Below are positions 18,751-29,172 of a stretch of DNA of 64,000 nt, piece after piece. The stretch covers positions 1,280 to 65,279 of the forward strand of contig CAJTXV010000006.1 in assembly GCA_910584255.1 (NCBI GenBank), read 5' to 3'. The stretch comes from an uncultured Bacilli bacterium (GTDB lineage: Bacteria; Bacillota_I; Bacilli_A; RF39; UBA660). The translations under genes were made by a program, and so were the position numbers. The number at the start of each line of letters is the position of its first letter. The stretch's first letter is position 1. The notes beneath the pieces are model-generated. The model saw only the letters and a list, made by a program, of their open reading frames with translations, had not been told where the DNA came from and did no database searches.

Positions 18751-20214
18751 CTAATTATGCTTAATATTATAACTTGCCTGATGAATTGAATCTTTCGATG
18801 GAATCATTATATAGTCAACGAGATTGGTTAAATGAACGGTTCCACTACCATCATAACCATCTAAACTTTGTGTATTAAATGTCCATTTTGTATGATTATT
18901 CAAAATATCTTTAATATAATCTGTGATTACATTTCTAGGAATATTCGTTGTATATAAATCACTAATAGAATTTAAGAAACTCTGATAATTTGTAATAATA
19001 CTTGGAGAAGTTGCTTTATTAAAGATAGAAATGATAATACTTTGACAATTCTTCTGTCTTTGACGGTCTCCTCCACTATAGGCTAAACGCTCTCTTGAAA
19101 TTGTAAGAATTTCAATTCCACTATAGTTTTTGCATCCTTTTTGAACATATAATTTTTTTCCTTTTGAGTCATCCCAACTACCTAAAATTGTTGCATGAGT
19201 TGTATAAAAACTTTTATTTGAACAGAACTCAATTCCTCCTAATGTATCGACAACGCCAACTAAACTATTGGTACGAACCTTTACATAATAATCAATTTTA
19301 ATATTTAGTAATTGTTCAAGAGATTTCATACTCGTTGTAATTCCCCATGCTCCATGGTATCCCATATTGTCACTTCTTCCACCTTTTCCATAAACAGGTA
19401 TATGATAATCTCTTGGAATACTGGTAAGTAATACTTTATGAGTTTCTTGATTAATCGATACAATCATATTAAAGTCATATAATTGATTTGAAAAATCGGT
19501 TCCACCAATATAGATATTGATATTATTGGTTTCTTTTGGCTCTTTATTTTTTTCTTCCTCTTGCTCTTTTTGTTCTGGTTCTGAAACTTCTTCAAATGTT
19601 AATGTATATTCATAAATAACTATATAATTGTCTTTATTTAAATCATTTTCTGCATCTACTATATAAGTATAAAGATTCTTTTCAATTAATATATACTGAA
19701 TATCTGTACCTAATTTATAAAACATATCAGTAATATCTTCGTAAGCAACAGAATTTACTTTGCATTTAGAACTTAACTCTTTGATTGCCTGAGAAACATT
19801 TGGAGTATCTTGATAGTAACCTATATTTTTATCCGTAATGGTATCTAAAGTATTTTCACTGTCCTTTAAAGATAAAACATAAAAAGTATTGGTGTATTCT
19901 CTTTTATCATTATTAAATGCCTTATCTAAAAAATGATCTGTCACATTTACATAATAGATTCCACAAATATTTAGTATGATCAATACAAGAGAAAAAACAT
20001 AGCCAATCGTTATTAGCACTTTTTTCTTCCTAGAGATTAATAGAATTGATACTATCTCTAATAGAAGTAATACTCCAACCATCATAGAATAATATTTTAC
20101 TGGTAATACATTTAAATTATGAGTAAAAGAAAATAGTATTACGTTTAATATCACTAAAATAATCCCCACTATAAATACATGATATTTTTTTAAAAATGAT
20201 AATAATTTATTCAT
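18751..20214 (-). CDS. LytR-CpsA-Psr (LCP) family polymer-to-peptidoglycan transferase
   Basis: N-terminal TM helices followed by ...VLLTSIPRDYHIPVYG...NMGYHGAWGITTS...IDYYVKVRTNSLVGVVDTLGGIEF...RERLAYSGGDRQRQKNCQ. Start set at MNKLLSF (20214) after AGGGGTGAAG. Confidence 0.85.
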   Translation of the reverse strand: MNKLLSFLKKYHVFIVGIILVILNVILFSFTHNLNVLPVKYYSMMVGVLLLLEIVSILLISRKKKVLITIGYVFSLVLIILNICGIYYVNVTDHFLDKAFNNDKREYTNTFYVLSLKDSENTLDTITDKNIGYYQDTPNVSQAIKELSSKCKVNSVAYEDITDMFYKLGTDIQYILIEKNLYTYIVDAENDLNKDNYIVIYEYTLTFEEVSEPEQKEQEEEKNKEPKETNNINIYIGGTDFSNQLYDFNMIVSINQETHKVLLTSIPRDYHIPVYGKGGRSDNMGYHGAWGITTSMKSLEQLLNIKIDYYVKVRTNSLVGVVDTLGGIEFCSNKSFYTTHATILGSWDDSKGKKLYVQKGCKNYSGIEILTISRERLAYSGGDRQRQKNCQSIIISIFNKATSPSIITNYQSFLNSISDLYTTNIPRNVITDYIKDILNNHTKWTFNTQSLDGYDGSGTVHLTNLVDYIMIPSKDSIHQASYNIKHN

Positions 20215-20302
20215 GGTAACTTCACCCCTAAAGTGCCTTATATTATAGCACAAAAACAAGTTAAAATCTAGAATTATTTATAAATATTTCAATACACTGA
20301 AT

Positions 20303-20327
20303 AGAAAAAACTAGAAATCACTTCTAG
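20303..20327 (-). terminator. Rho-independent terminator ending the glycosyltransferase/Wzx/Wzy/acyltransferase operon
   Basis: Minus strand: ctagaa-gtgat-ttctag followed by TTTTTTC. Confidence 0.55.
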
Positions 20328-20671
20328 TCTTGTATCTGTTTATTTTTTTCTATTATTTTTTCTAATACCATCTACTATAATGCTTTCTTTGTCTTTAAAT
20401 CATTTGTTGACAGTCCTAATTTAGTTAATATACTATGATCACATTCATAATTTGTTTTTTCTCTTTGGTAACAATATTAGTACCTTTTACATATTCACGG
20501 TATTCTTTAAGACTCATGCCTAATAAATCAGCGCAATGTTTTTCTTCTCTTTGAAATTCTTTTTCAGTTAGCCTTGATATCTCTCCTATTTTTTACTTCA
20601 CTTATATCATACTTCGAATATTGTTCTATGAAAAAATTATTTTATTAAAATTATTAGTATGATTTTTATAT

Positions 20672-21679
20672 TCAATCATTATTAATTCTTTTGGTTATAA
20701 TTTTTTGTAATGGCAAATCGAAATATTTATATATTATTACAGATATTCCTATTATAATAAGCATTGCAAAAGGGACAAATGCAATAGAATATTCTCCAAA
20801 ATAATCTGTTAATCCTAAAAGTATTTGATATCCTATATTCTGATGAATTAAATATACCACATAAGATATACTTCCTAATTTTAATAAAATCTTTGAATTA
20901 GGGTATTGTAAAATTTTTAATTCTGATGTGATTAAAATTACATTAAATATCAACACACCCATGAAAACTATTAAACCATTCTGTATTGCAATCATTCCCA
21001 AAGAAACAAAATACAATAACATATAGATAAAATTTTTATTACTAATTTTTTCTCCCTGAGTTTCTTTTAGAGAAATTCCTATTAACAAATAATAAATATA
21101 TTGATTACCTAACGATTTATATAATGTTGAAGTTTTCGTTATAAAATTAGAAATAACTAACAAAAGAATATTTAACATAAACCATCCAACGACAGATTTT
21201 TTCCTATCAATTTTAAATTTATCTTCTAAAAAAAGAATAAAAGAAATAATCAAAGTAAATAAAACTAGATAAGTTAAATACCAATGTGCACCATCAACAT
21301 AGTCAATCCCTATATAGCCATTTAAAAGAATCACATTATAAAGATATTCAATAAAACTAACCTCTCTACCTGGTAAACCAAAAAAAGTTATACTCAAAAA
21401 TATCAAAGTAATGCATACAAGATATGTAGGATATAATCTTAGTATTCTCTTAACTAAGAACTTTAAAGGATGAATACAATGATTCCCCTTTGGAAAAATA
21501 AAATATCCTGAGATTATGAAAAAACACCCAACACCAATTTCTCCCCATAAATTTAAAGAAAAAAAATCTACAGTTTTAATACTAAATACTTCTCCAAATC
21601 TATAAGTGTAATGATAGTATACTATCATTAAGAGCAATATTGCTCTTAATGACTCGATTTGCTTATTTTTGATTTTCAT
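20672..21679 (-). CDS. Acyltransferase family 3 (polysaccharide O-acetyltransferase-like) membrane protein
   Basis: 335 aa with ~10 TM helices. N-terminal IESLRAILLLMIVYYHY and C-terminal SYVVYLIHQ are typical of acyltransferase_3. Confidence 0.8.
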   Translation of the reverse strand: MKIKNKQIESLRAILLLMIVYYHYTYRFGEVFSIKTVDFFSLNLWGEIGVGCFFIISGYFIFPKGNHCIHPLKFLVKRILRLYPTYLVCITLIFLSITFFGLPGREVSFIEYLYNVILLNGYIGIDYVDGAHWYLTYLVLFTLIISFILFLEDKFKIDRKKSVVGWFMLNILLLVISNFITKTSTLYKSLGNQYIYYLLIGISLKETQGEKISNKNFIYMLLYFVSLGMIAIQNGLIVFMGVLIFNVILITSELKILQYPNSKILLKLGSISYVVYLIHQNIGYQILLGLTDYFGEYSIAFVPFAMLIIIGISVIIYKYFDLPLQKIITKRINND

Positions 21680-21697
21680 ATTTTCACCACTTCTCTA

Positions 21698-22963
21698 TTA
21701 CTTAAAAATGTGACAAATACTGGAGATATCCTTTTTTCTTAAAATTAAACAATCATGCCATTCCAAATGATATGTTCTAATAAAATCAATGAATAGAATC
21801 ACTCCACACATTGTATATGACAAAACAGTGGATACTGCAGCTCCCATCTTTCCATAAATTGGAATAAAAATAAAGTTCGCTATTATATTGATTAAAACAC
21901 TAATAAAGAGAATAGCAAAGCATTTTTTTTGCTTTCCATTAGCCATATATAATGGATTGATTAACTTATAAAGAACCATACTAGGAATTCCTAAAAAAAT
22001 CATTACAGTTACTTGATAAGCATCTAAGTATTCTTTTCCATATAAGATATGAATAAATACCTTACCAAAAATAAATATTGCTAAAATCATAAACAAAGTA
22101 ATAAAAATATTAAGTTTCAATACTGTTTTTATTTCATCAATAGAATCATCTTTTGCAGTACGTGAAAAAAGCACCTCTTTAAATGAATCGGGAATTAACC
22201 ATATATATTGTGCAAGTTTCGATCCAACAGAATACAACCCAATTTCAGAATATGGTAAAAAAAATCTCATAATAATAACATCAATACTGTAGTTAAACTC
22301 CATTAGCAAAGTTGTCAGCATAGCAACAAACCCAAACCGAATCATATACTTGAAAAATTTAGGAGAAATATACCATGGTCTTGGAATATACTTACACTTG
22401 ATTAAATAAGCAAAAATATAGATTAAATATTTAAATAGTAATACATATAATAACGCATACATACTTTTTGGTACAAATAAATATACCCCTAAAGTTAATA
22501 ATAAGTCAATAAAATAACTTACTATTTGTAAAATCTGCCTATATCTAATAAATTCTACTACTCCTATATTTTGTAATTGGGCATTTAATATTCTAGTAAT
22601 GATAAGAAGTGAAGTTATAATAACAATCTTACTTCTAACAGTTACTGAAATAATAATACTGATGAGTGTATATATAATAGCTTGCAACGAAAAGACATTT
22701 AAATATTTATGAAGTTGGTTTTTCATTTTCTGCCTTTTCATATAAGGATAGGAGGCATATAAACCAAGTCCAAAGATAACATTTAAAATGTTTACAATAT
22801 TTAAAATATATTCATATTCTCCCTTTAACGATACACCTAAATAACGATTGATTAAGGAAATTGTGATAATACCAGTAAATATATTCGTTATTTTTTGAAT
22901 TAGAGAAAATATATAGTCACTGTTAGTAATCTTATTTATTTTATTAGTCACTTCGATCACCAA
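21698..22963 (-). CDS. wzx: Wzx-type oligosaccharide flippase (MOP superfamily)
   Basis: 421 aa, ~12-14 TM helices, polysaccharide-biosynthesis-protein layout. Located between wzy and the acyltransferase. Confidence 0.75.
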   Translation of the reverse strand: MVIEVTNKINKITNSDYIFSLIQKITNIFTGIITISLINRYLGVSLKGEYEYILNIVNILNVIFGLGLYASYPYMKRQKMKNQLHKYLNVFSLQAIIYTLISIIISVTVRSKIVIITSLLIITRILNAQLQNIGVVEFIRYRQILQIVSYFIDLLLTLGVYLFVPKSMYALLYVLLFKYLIYIFAYLIKCKYIPRPWYISPKFFKYMIRFGFVAMLTTLLMEFNYSIDVIIMRFFLPYSEIGLYSVGSKLAQYIWLIPDSFKEVLFSRTAKDDSIDEIKTVLKLNIFITLFMILAIFIFGKVFIHILYGKEYLDAYQVTVMIFLGIPSMVLYKLINPLYMANGKQKKCFAILFISVLINIIANFIFIPIYGKMGAAVSTVLSYTMCGVILFIDFIRTYHLEWHDCLILRKKDISSICHIFK

Positions 22964-24215
22964 TTTTCATCCACAATTCTTTTTGAAAAATAATAGTATA
23001 ATAAACAAATAATATATATATATGATAAACACATCCTGAGTAAGAAACAACTCCCCACTCCATTATCATTAAAACAATCAAAAATGATAAAGAAAGAATT
23101 GAAAAACTGTCCTTTTTATTTTTTAAAATATTCTTTAACAATTTTATGAAACAATAAAAATACGAACTATAATATAATAGAAAGCCTATAATTCCGAGAC
23201 AACTCAACATTTCGATATAATTATTATGCGAATATCTCTCTGTACCATAAGTGGTATAATGGCCAACATAGTAAGAAAAATTATTTAGTCCAATTCCTTT
23301 AATTGGATTCTCAATAAAGATATTTTTTCCAGTTTCAATAAAGAAACTTCTTAAATTAATACTCCAATCATTGGTAATCTCCCCACGTGAATATTTTACA
23401 AGTTCACCCATCTCTCCTACTATATTATGATAAATGCTTGGACTAATTTTGCTTACAGAGAAAACCAACAATCCACCTAAAACCATTGCTATAAAAGTAT
23501 ATTTCAATAATTTGGTCATGTTTCTCTGTAATATTAAAAAGAGAAAAATTCCTAAAACAGGTATTAATAGTGACTTTCTAGATTCCGTTAATATAATAGC
23601 CATAAATTGCGGTATAATTAAGTACAAATATTTCCTTTTATTGGTATATCTATATAGGTATATAGAAAAAAGAACAGAAAATCCAAGAATTTGTCCAACG
23701 GTATTAAAGTAAATACCTGTAATGCTTTTTATTCTAGTAGCGGCTGATCCCGATTGAAACCAATATAGTACTATAATTTTTAGTGCTACTAAAAGATTTG
23801 CAATTACAACATATTTCATTACTTTAATTAGTTTTTCTTTACTATCAATATAATTTGTTAAAGCAAAAAGAGTAATCCAAAGTGCAACCACACTCACAAG
23901 TGAACTTATTGCAAATGATTTATTTAATGACCAAAAATAAGATAAACTAGAAAATACTGTAAAAAGAAAGTAAAAAAAAGTCTGTTTAGTCATCAAAAGA
24001 CGTCCTTTTTTTATGACCCTAAAAAATACAAGAATAATAAATGCAGCTAGAGATAAGTACTCTAAAATATCTTGTGGAACATAACCAGTACTAGAAAGTT
24101 TTGATAGTAAGAATACTACAATATTATTTGTACTAATTACACCAACCTTACAAAATATAAATATGATTAAAAAGAAGTCTATTAGATTAAACTTCTGATT
24201 TGTATTCTTACTCAT
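22944..24215 (-). CDS. wzy: Wzy-type repeat-unit polymerase / O-antigen-ligase-family membrane protein
   Basis: 423 aa, ~10-12 TM helices, with an extracytoplasmic loop ...GIGLNNFSYYVGHYTTYGTERYSHNNYIEMLSCLGIIGF... (Wzy_C-like). Confidence 0.7.
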   Translation of the reverse strand: MSKNTNQKFNLIDFFLIIFIFCKVGVISTNNIVVFLLSKLSSTGYVPQDILEYLSLAAFIILVFFRVIKKGRLLMTKQTFFYFLFTVFSSLSYFWSLNKSFAISSLVSVVALWITLFALTNYIDSKEKLIKVMKYVVIANLLVALKIIVLYWFQSGSAATRIKSITGIYFNTVGQILGFSVLFSIYLYRYTNKRKYLYLIIPQFMAIILTESRKSLLIPVLGIFLFLILQRNMTKLLKYTFIAMVLGGLLVFSVSKISPSIYHNIVGEMGELVKYSRGEITNDWSINLRSFFIETGKNIFIENPIKGIGLNNFSYYVGHYTTYGTERYSHNNYIEMLSCLGIIGFLLYYSSYFYCFIKLLKNILKNKKDSFSILSLSFLIVLMIMEWGVVSYSGCVYHIYILFVYYTIIFQKELWMKIGDRSD

Positions 24216-24235
24216 CTTTCATCATCCTTTCTTTT

Positions 24236-25420
24236 TTATTGATTATTATCTCTAAATTCTCTCCAAAATTTGTTTCTCCTTAAATCTAGACTTTCTTTTG
24301 CATATTCTTTAGAATTTTCAAAATTTTCTTTTGCTAATTTTATCATATATTCTTTGTTTCCAATTAGTTTTTGTATATCCTCTGCTAGTTTTTTATAATC
24401 GCCTGGCTTATGAATTACATCTCTTCTAATTAATTCAGGAATGCCCCCTGCACTAGATCCAACTGCAGGACATCCCCTACTCATTGCTTCTATCAATACT
24501 CTAGGAAGTCCCTCTTGAAAACTAGGAATCACTAAGATATCCAAGTCATCCATCCAATGAAGTACTGGATTCCCACTTGGTAGTGTTCCCAAAAACACTA
24601 CATTATCTTCTAGATTTTTACTTTGTATGTATTTTTTTATTTTTTTGTCGTTTCCCGTCCCTAAAAATTCAATTTTTACATTTGGGTATTTTTTCTTTAC
24701 TATTTCTAGTGCCTTTAATGCTACTAAATGTCCTTTGAATTTCAAATCAAAAGAACCTACTAATCCTAAGGTGTAATTTACTTTTTGCTTTTCTATTTTC
24801 TCTACTCTTTTATCTAATATATTAGAATTTGGCTCACTAATCATAACATTAGAAGCATTGATTGTTATACCACTTGTCGGATATCTTTTTTGTAAAAATT
24901 CTTTTGTGACATACAATACTCTTGTTGCCTGTTTACACTGTTTTTTTGTTTCGAAATACATAAATGGAGCTACTAATTTTCCTGCCCAATGTCCGTGATT
25001 TCTATAAGAATCCCACGGACAAGTCACCATTTCTATTGCATACTTTTTATTATATTTTCTACATAAATAACAGGCAACATTTCCTAGTGGACTAGGCATT
25101 CGAATAATTACGCAATCTACTTGATCAATAATCTCTTTTATTTGATTTTCAATTTCCCTTCTGTGAAAGATAGCATCTGTTACTTTATTGTACTTTGATA
25201 TTGGCTTTATTTCAACATTTTCTCCATTTGAAATTGTATAACCTGGTTTTTTTACAATTTCTCTATATGGTACTTTTTTTGATCTAGTTGATACAATAAT
25301 TTCATCAAAGGTTTTTAAATATCTATCTCTCCATAGTTGATAATTTAGATTAATCGCATAATAATTATTCTTTTCATCTTTCAATAATACTGTATCAAAA
25401 ACAAAAGCAAGTTTTGACAT
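24236..25420 (-). CDS. Glycosyltransferase family 4 (GT-B fold)
   Basis: C-terminal EGLPRVLIEAMSRGCPAVGSSAGGIPE is the E-x7-E type GT4 motif. Confidence 0.85.
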   Translation of the reverse strand: MSKLAFVFDTVLLKDEKNNYYAINLNYQLWRDRYLKTFDEIIVSTRSKKVPYREIVKKPGYTISNGENVEIKPISKYNKVTDAIFHRREIENQIKEIIDQVDCVIIRMPSPLGNVACYLCRKYNKKYAIEMVTCPWDSYRNHGHWAGKLVAPFMYFETKKQCKQATRVLYVTKEFLQKRYPTSGITINASNVMISEPNSNILDKRVEKIEKQKVNYTLGLVGSFDLKFKGHLVALKALEIVKKKYPNVKIEFLGTGNDKKIKKYIQSKNLEDNVVFLGTLPSGNPVLHWMDDLDILVIPSFQEGLPRVLIEAMSRGCPAVGSSAGGIPELIRRDVIHKPGDYKKLAEDIQKLIGNKEYMIKLAKENFENSKEYAKESLDLRRNKFWREFRDNNQ

Positions 25421-25421
25421 T

Positions 25422-26483
25422 TTAATCCCCCTGTTTTGTATATGCCACTACATCAGATGCCACAATATTCACATGGTAGCTTTGTGGGATAAATAACTGA
25501 TTGATTTTAGATTTTTTAACTGCATTATGAATAAATTTTATAGATTCATCAAATAATACTCTATATTCAAAACAATCTGCACATGTAGCAATAAAAAATT
25601 CTTGTAACCTGTTATCAAATAACTCATGAATTGTAATCATTAATGATTTTGATGCCAATTTATAAGCATCAATTTCAACTGTTTTGGTCTTTTCAATATC
25701 AATTCTCTCTAACCAAGTGAACTTTTTAATATGCCCTGAGGTAGCGATTTTATCTTCCCCAAATATTTCATAAGGTGACACTCTTTTAGATTGAGGATTG
25801 TGTCTTCTTGCCCATGATAATAAAAATGGGAAATGTCTTAAAAACGATTTAGCAGTAGGTATCAATTTCGATACGAATCTACTAAGTCCTCCTTTTACTA
25901 ATTTTTTATTTTGCATAGCATCTTCAAATAATTCTCTATGATATGCATATAATACAAATTTCTTAGGAAATGCGTAAATTGTTCCATCAGATGTTAAAAT
26001 AACTAAATCATCTCCTAGTAATTGGTATCCTTCTTCCCTAATTAATTTAGCTACTGATGCTGTTTTTCCAACACCACCCCATGATGGAAATACATAAGCG
26101 TTCCCATCTTTTATAACACCTGCTGAATGAATAAATGTTGCCTGATTTTCTAATAATGCATATTCTAATATCATCATCATCCATTCATTACATTCCTGAT
26201 TACAAATAATCTTATACCCATCTTTCTCTTTTGATATTAAAGCGCCATATTTTTTATCAAGTATTTGGTTAGTATTACGATTTATGAAGATATCTGAAAC
26301 TACTTCATAAGCCCCTTCTAAATGAATTCCTTTATTATATTCAATTGTAATCTTTGTTTTAATTTTATGAAATTTCTCCTTTGTTGTATAAAACATAGGA
26401 ATATTGATAATTAATGTATCTTTCCATTTATATTGATCACTTACTTCAATTCCTACTATATCGTGAATCGTAAAATATTTCAT
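25422..26483 (-). CDS. HPr-kinase-C-terminal-like P-loop protein embedded in the capsule operon
   Basis: ATFIHSAGVIKDGNAYVFPSWGGVGKTASVAKLIREEGYQLLGDDLVIL parallels the HprK/P P-loop block (G-x-S-G-x-GKS-E-x-A-L-E-L-I-x-R-G-H-x-L-V-A-D-D). The gene is tightly packed between two GT genes. Confidence 0.5.
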   Translation of the reverse strand: MKYFTIHDIVGIEVSDQYKWKDTLIINIPMFYTTKEKFHKIKTKITIEYNKGIHLEGAYEVVSDIFINRNTNQILDKKYGALISKEKDGYKIICNQECNEWMMMILEYALLENQATFIHSAGVIKDGNAYVFPSWGGVGKTASVAKLIREEGYQLLGDDLVILTSDGTIYAFPKKFVLYAYHRELFEDAMQNKKLVKGGLSRFVSKLIPTAKSFLRHFPFLLSWARRHNPQSKRVSPYEIFGEDKIATSGHIKKFTWLERIDIEKTKTVEIDAYKLASKSLMITIHELFDNRLQEFFIATCADCFEYRVLFDESIKFIHNAVKKSKINQLFIPQSYHVNIVASDVVAYTKQGD

Positions 26484-27607
26484 TATAATCGCTCCTTCAT
26501 AATATTATCATATATTTTTATTAGATTTTCTGATTCTTTTTTTATATTAAATCTACTGCGTTCCAGTTCGTAATTTTTTTCTTTTCTCTCAAATTTTGAA
26601 AATTGTTTTATTGCAATATCTGCCCACTCTTTTTCATTTTTATTCAAAGATATAAATATGGTAGATTTTAGTATTTTAGTTTCTTGTGTCATATCGGTGG
26701 ATAACAAACATAGAAGACCTGAGGCCTGTCCTTCAACGCCAACTACGGGAAGCCCTTCATATAAACTAGGAAGAATAAACATATCCATTGCTTGGTATAA
26801 AGCATTTGCATCATTCCTCTGTCCAAGAAATTTTACTGATTCTTCAATATCTAAAAGTTTTGCCTGAGTTTTTATCTCTTCTTGTAAAGGTCCCTGCCCA
26901 ATTAATAAGAGAACTGAGTTTTTATTTTGCTTATGGATTTCATTAAAAATCCTAATTAGAAATTGGTGATTTTTCTGTTTTACAAATCTTCCAACATGAC
27001 CAATTACTAACGTATCTTTCTTAATATTTAGTTCTTTTCTCATTCGATTTCTTATTTCTTCATTATAAGAAAACTTTTCTATATCAATTGCATTGTTTAA
27101 TAGATATACTTTTCCCTGATTATATGTCTTATTTCCAAATAGCCATCTTCCTGCCAGTTCACTACAACAAATATAGTCTGTTGCAAACACTTTGACAAAT
27201 GGTCTTAATATTTGCTTTAATATATTTTTCTTCCATTCTTTTTTATTGGTTGTAGAGTGACCATGGACAATTCGAATAGGTACTTTAGCCCTTTTTGATG
27301 CAAATAATGGAAAAATAGACATTGTACTAATATGAGAGTGAACAATTTTATAGTTTTCCTCCATTAAGGTTTTCTTCAATTGCTTTTGATATTTAATAGC
27401 TTTTTGATATGGAGGGATTAATATAACTTTACCACCCATCTTTTCAATCTCTTCATATGGAATACAAGTAGAATCTTGATCACAAATAAAATCAAACTGT
27501 ATTTTATCACGATCTATATGTCTATAGTAATTCATGACAACTGCTTCTACCCCTCCACCAAGCCATTTTCCCATAATCTGGGCAATTCTAATGGGACTTC
27601 CCTTCAT
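26483..27607 (-). CDS. Glycosyltransferase family 4 (GT-B fold)
   Basis: LPSLYEGLPVVGVEGQASGL motif; N-terminal RIAQIMGKWLGGGVE. Confidence 0.85.
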   Translation of the reverse strand: MKGSPIRIAQIMGKWLGGGVEAVVMNYYRHIDRDKIQFDFICDQDSTCIPYEEIEKMGGKVILIPPYQKAIKYQKQLKKTLMEENYKIVHSHISTMSIFPLFASKRAKVPIRIVHGHSTTNKKEWKKNILKQILRPFVKVFATDYICCSELAGRWLFGNKTYNQGKVYLLNNAIDIEKFSYNEEIRNRMRKELNIKKDTLVIGHVGRFVKQKNHQFLIRIFNEIHKQNKNSVLLLIGQGPLQEEIKTQAKLLDIEESVKFLGQRNDANALYQAMDMFILPSLYEGLPVVGVEGQASGLLCLLSTDMTQETKILKSTIFISLNKNEKEWADIAIKQFSKFERKEKNYELERSRFNIKKESENLIKIYDNIMKERL

Positions 27608-27621
27608 AACTTCACCTCCCT

Positions 27622-27669
27622 ACAAAAAAAGATTGAATGCAAAATACCCCTATTATTTGCATTCAATCT
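27622..27669 (-). terminator. Strong intrinsic terminator/attenuator between the priming transferase and the first GT gene
   Basis: Perfect 14-bp stem agattgaatgcaaa (27630-27643) / tttgcattcaatct (27656-27669) with a 12-nt loop. On the minus strand it is followed by TTTTTTT and then the RBS GGGAGGTGAAG of the 27607 gene. Confidence 0.6.
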
Positions 27670-27702
27670 TCTTGTTTTATTTTGGTACCCTTTTTTATTC
27701 TT

Positions 27703-28383
27703 TTATTTAGCTCCATTTCTTTTTATTACAGAAATGAATGTCTTTCCAATAATTTTTAAATCAAAATAGATTCCTCTATGTTCTACATAATAAAGTTCTA
27801 ATTTCTTTCTATCTTCATAGCTTGTACAACTTCTACCATTACAAGCCCACCATCCAGTAAGTCCTGGAGTTACACTTAAGAATTTTTCTTTTTCTGCTCC
27901 ATATTTTTCAATTTCATCATCTACAACAGGTCTAGGTCCTACAATACTCATATCCCCTCTTAGAATATTAATTAGTTGTGGAAGTTCATCTAGGGATGTC
28001 TTTCTTAAGAATTTTCCTACTTTTGTAATTCTTGGATCCCTATCTAATTTAAAGTTTTCTTCCCATTCTTTTTTGATTTCTGGGTTTTCTAACATTTTTT
28101 CTAATCGTTCTTTTGAATCAGTATACATACTTCTAAATTTATATAAGTAAATATACTCTCCATTCTTTCCAATTCGCTTATGCTTATAGAATACTTTTCC
28201 TTTCGAATCTATTTTAATTAAAATCGCAATTAGTAAAAATATTGGACTTAATAAAACCAGTGATACGATGGATACAAAAAAGTCAAATACTCTTTTTACG
28301 AATAAATAGAAAAAATTATGTTTCCTAATCGTTAATGTTGTATTTTTCTCTTGTTGTTCAAGACCAATACTAACCCCGTTCAT
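27703..28383 (-). CDS. Undecaprenyl-phosphate sugar phosphotransferase (bacterial sugar transferase, WbaP/CpsE C-terminal type): priming enzyme
   Basis: One TM helix, then ...GKNGEYIYLYKFRSM...RDPRITKVGKFLRKTSLDELPQLINILRGDMSIVGPRP...PGLTGWW... Confidence 0.85.
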   Translation of the reverse strand: MNGVSIGLEQQEKNTTLTIRKHNFFYLFVKRVFDFFVSIVSLVLLSPIFLLIAILIKIDSKGKVFYKHKRIGKNGEYIYLYKFRSMYTDSKERLEKMLENPEIKKEWEENFKLDRDPRITKVGKFLRKTSLDELPQLINILRGDMSIVGPRPVVDDEIEKYGAEKEKFLSVTPGLTGWWACNGRSCTSYEDRKKLELYYVEHRGIYFDLKIIGKTFISVIKRNGAK

Positions 28384-28407
28384 ACTACTCCCCCTAAATT
28401 GGGTACT

Positions 28408-28436
28408 ATAATATCATAAAGTCACTGAAAAATCAA
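28408..28436 (-). promoter_or_regulatory. Sigma-70-like promoter in front of the priming-transferase gene
   Basis: Minus strand: TTGATT (28436-28431), 17 nt, TATTAT (28413-28408), ~25 nt before the ATG at 28383. Confidence 0.4.
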
Positions 28437-28512
28437 GGAAAAATTTCATTTCATTTTTGTCGTAGTTTGTCGAGCCAATACCTTTCATTATTTTATAATT
28501 ATATCATAAGGT

Positions 28513-28546
28513 GTAAATAAAATCAGGTCATTTTTGTAACCTGATT
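28513..28546 (-). terminator. Hairpin after the anti-sigma-like gene
   Basis: aatcaggt (28521-28528) / acctgatt (28539-28546), 10-nt loop, T-rich on both sides. Confidence 0.4.
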
Positions 28547-28551
28547 CTTTT

Positions 28552-29163
28552 TTAATTCGTTAATTCCATAAAATATTGAAAATTATTATCTTGATATACT
28601 TTAATCTTCTTTTTCGTATTTGATTTATCTGTTCTATAAATAATATCAATTACTGTATTCGTACTTACTTGAAAATACAAAGTCTTACTCTCCTTTATAA
28701 TCATCTTTTCTCCTACTAAAGTAACGATACCCGTAGATTGATTCCATGTATAAATTTTACCATTTCTAATACTGATTTCCATCTTGCTAGAATCCCCTTC
28801 TATCTCAAAGAGAATCGGAAATCCAGGGACAGAAGACATTGCTTCATTATATCTTTTTAATGGAACTTGGATATTTTCCTTTAATTCCTTTTTTTCTTCA
28901 TTTTCTTCTGTACTTACAAAAGCATAAATTTGAAAAAATTCCTTCTCTACTGAGTCTTTTTTCATTTGGCTTATTGGTTCCTTAATAAAGAATAAGCCAC
29001 CAATTAAAATTAAAAGAATAAAACTAGTTACTAATATTACTTTAAAATTTTTTCTAATTGTAGATGTTTTTTCTTCTTGCATTCTACTCATAATCTTTTG
29101 AAAATTTTCATCTGAATCAAATTCATTCTGTATTTCTTCTTTCATCTTTAAATTTCTTTTCAC
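28552..29163 (-). CDS. Single-pass membrane protein, putative anti-sigma factor partner of the ECF sigma
   Basis: 203 aa: short cytoplasmic N-terminus, TM helix VILVTSFILLILIGGLFFI, extracytoplasmic domain. It starts 10 nt after the sigma gene stop. The call rests on position only. Confidence 0.45.
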   Translation of the reverse strand: MKRNLKMKEEIQNEFDSDENFQKIMSRMQEEKTSTIRKNFKVILVTSFILLILIGGLFFIKEPISQMKKDSVEKEFFQIYAFVSTEENEEKKELKENIQVPLKRYNEAMSSVPGFPILFEIEGDSSKMEISIRNGKIYTWNQSTGIVTLVGEKMIIKESKTLYFQVSTNTVIDIIYRTDKSNTKKKIKVYQDNNFQYFMELTN

Positions 29164-29172
29164 AAATCATTC

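Noticed and set aside
20440-20600. A 55-codon minus-strand ORF (ISRLTEKEFQREEKHCADLLGMSLKEYREYVKGTNIVTKEKKQIMNVIIVY) after an AGGAGAG motif.
   Set aside because: There is no ATG/GTG/TTG start in frame after the upstream TAA. It is probably a gene remnant, and is mentioned only as a scar within the capsule locus.
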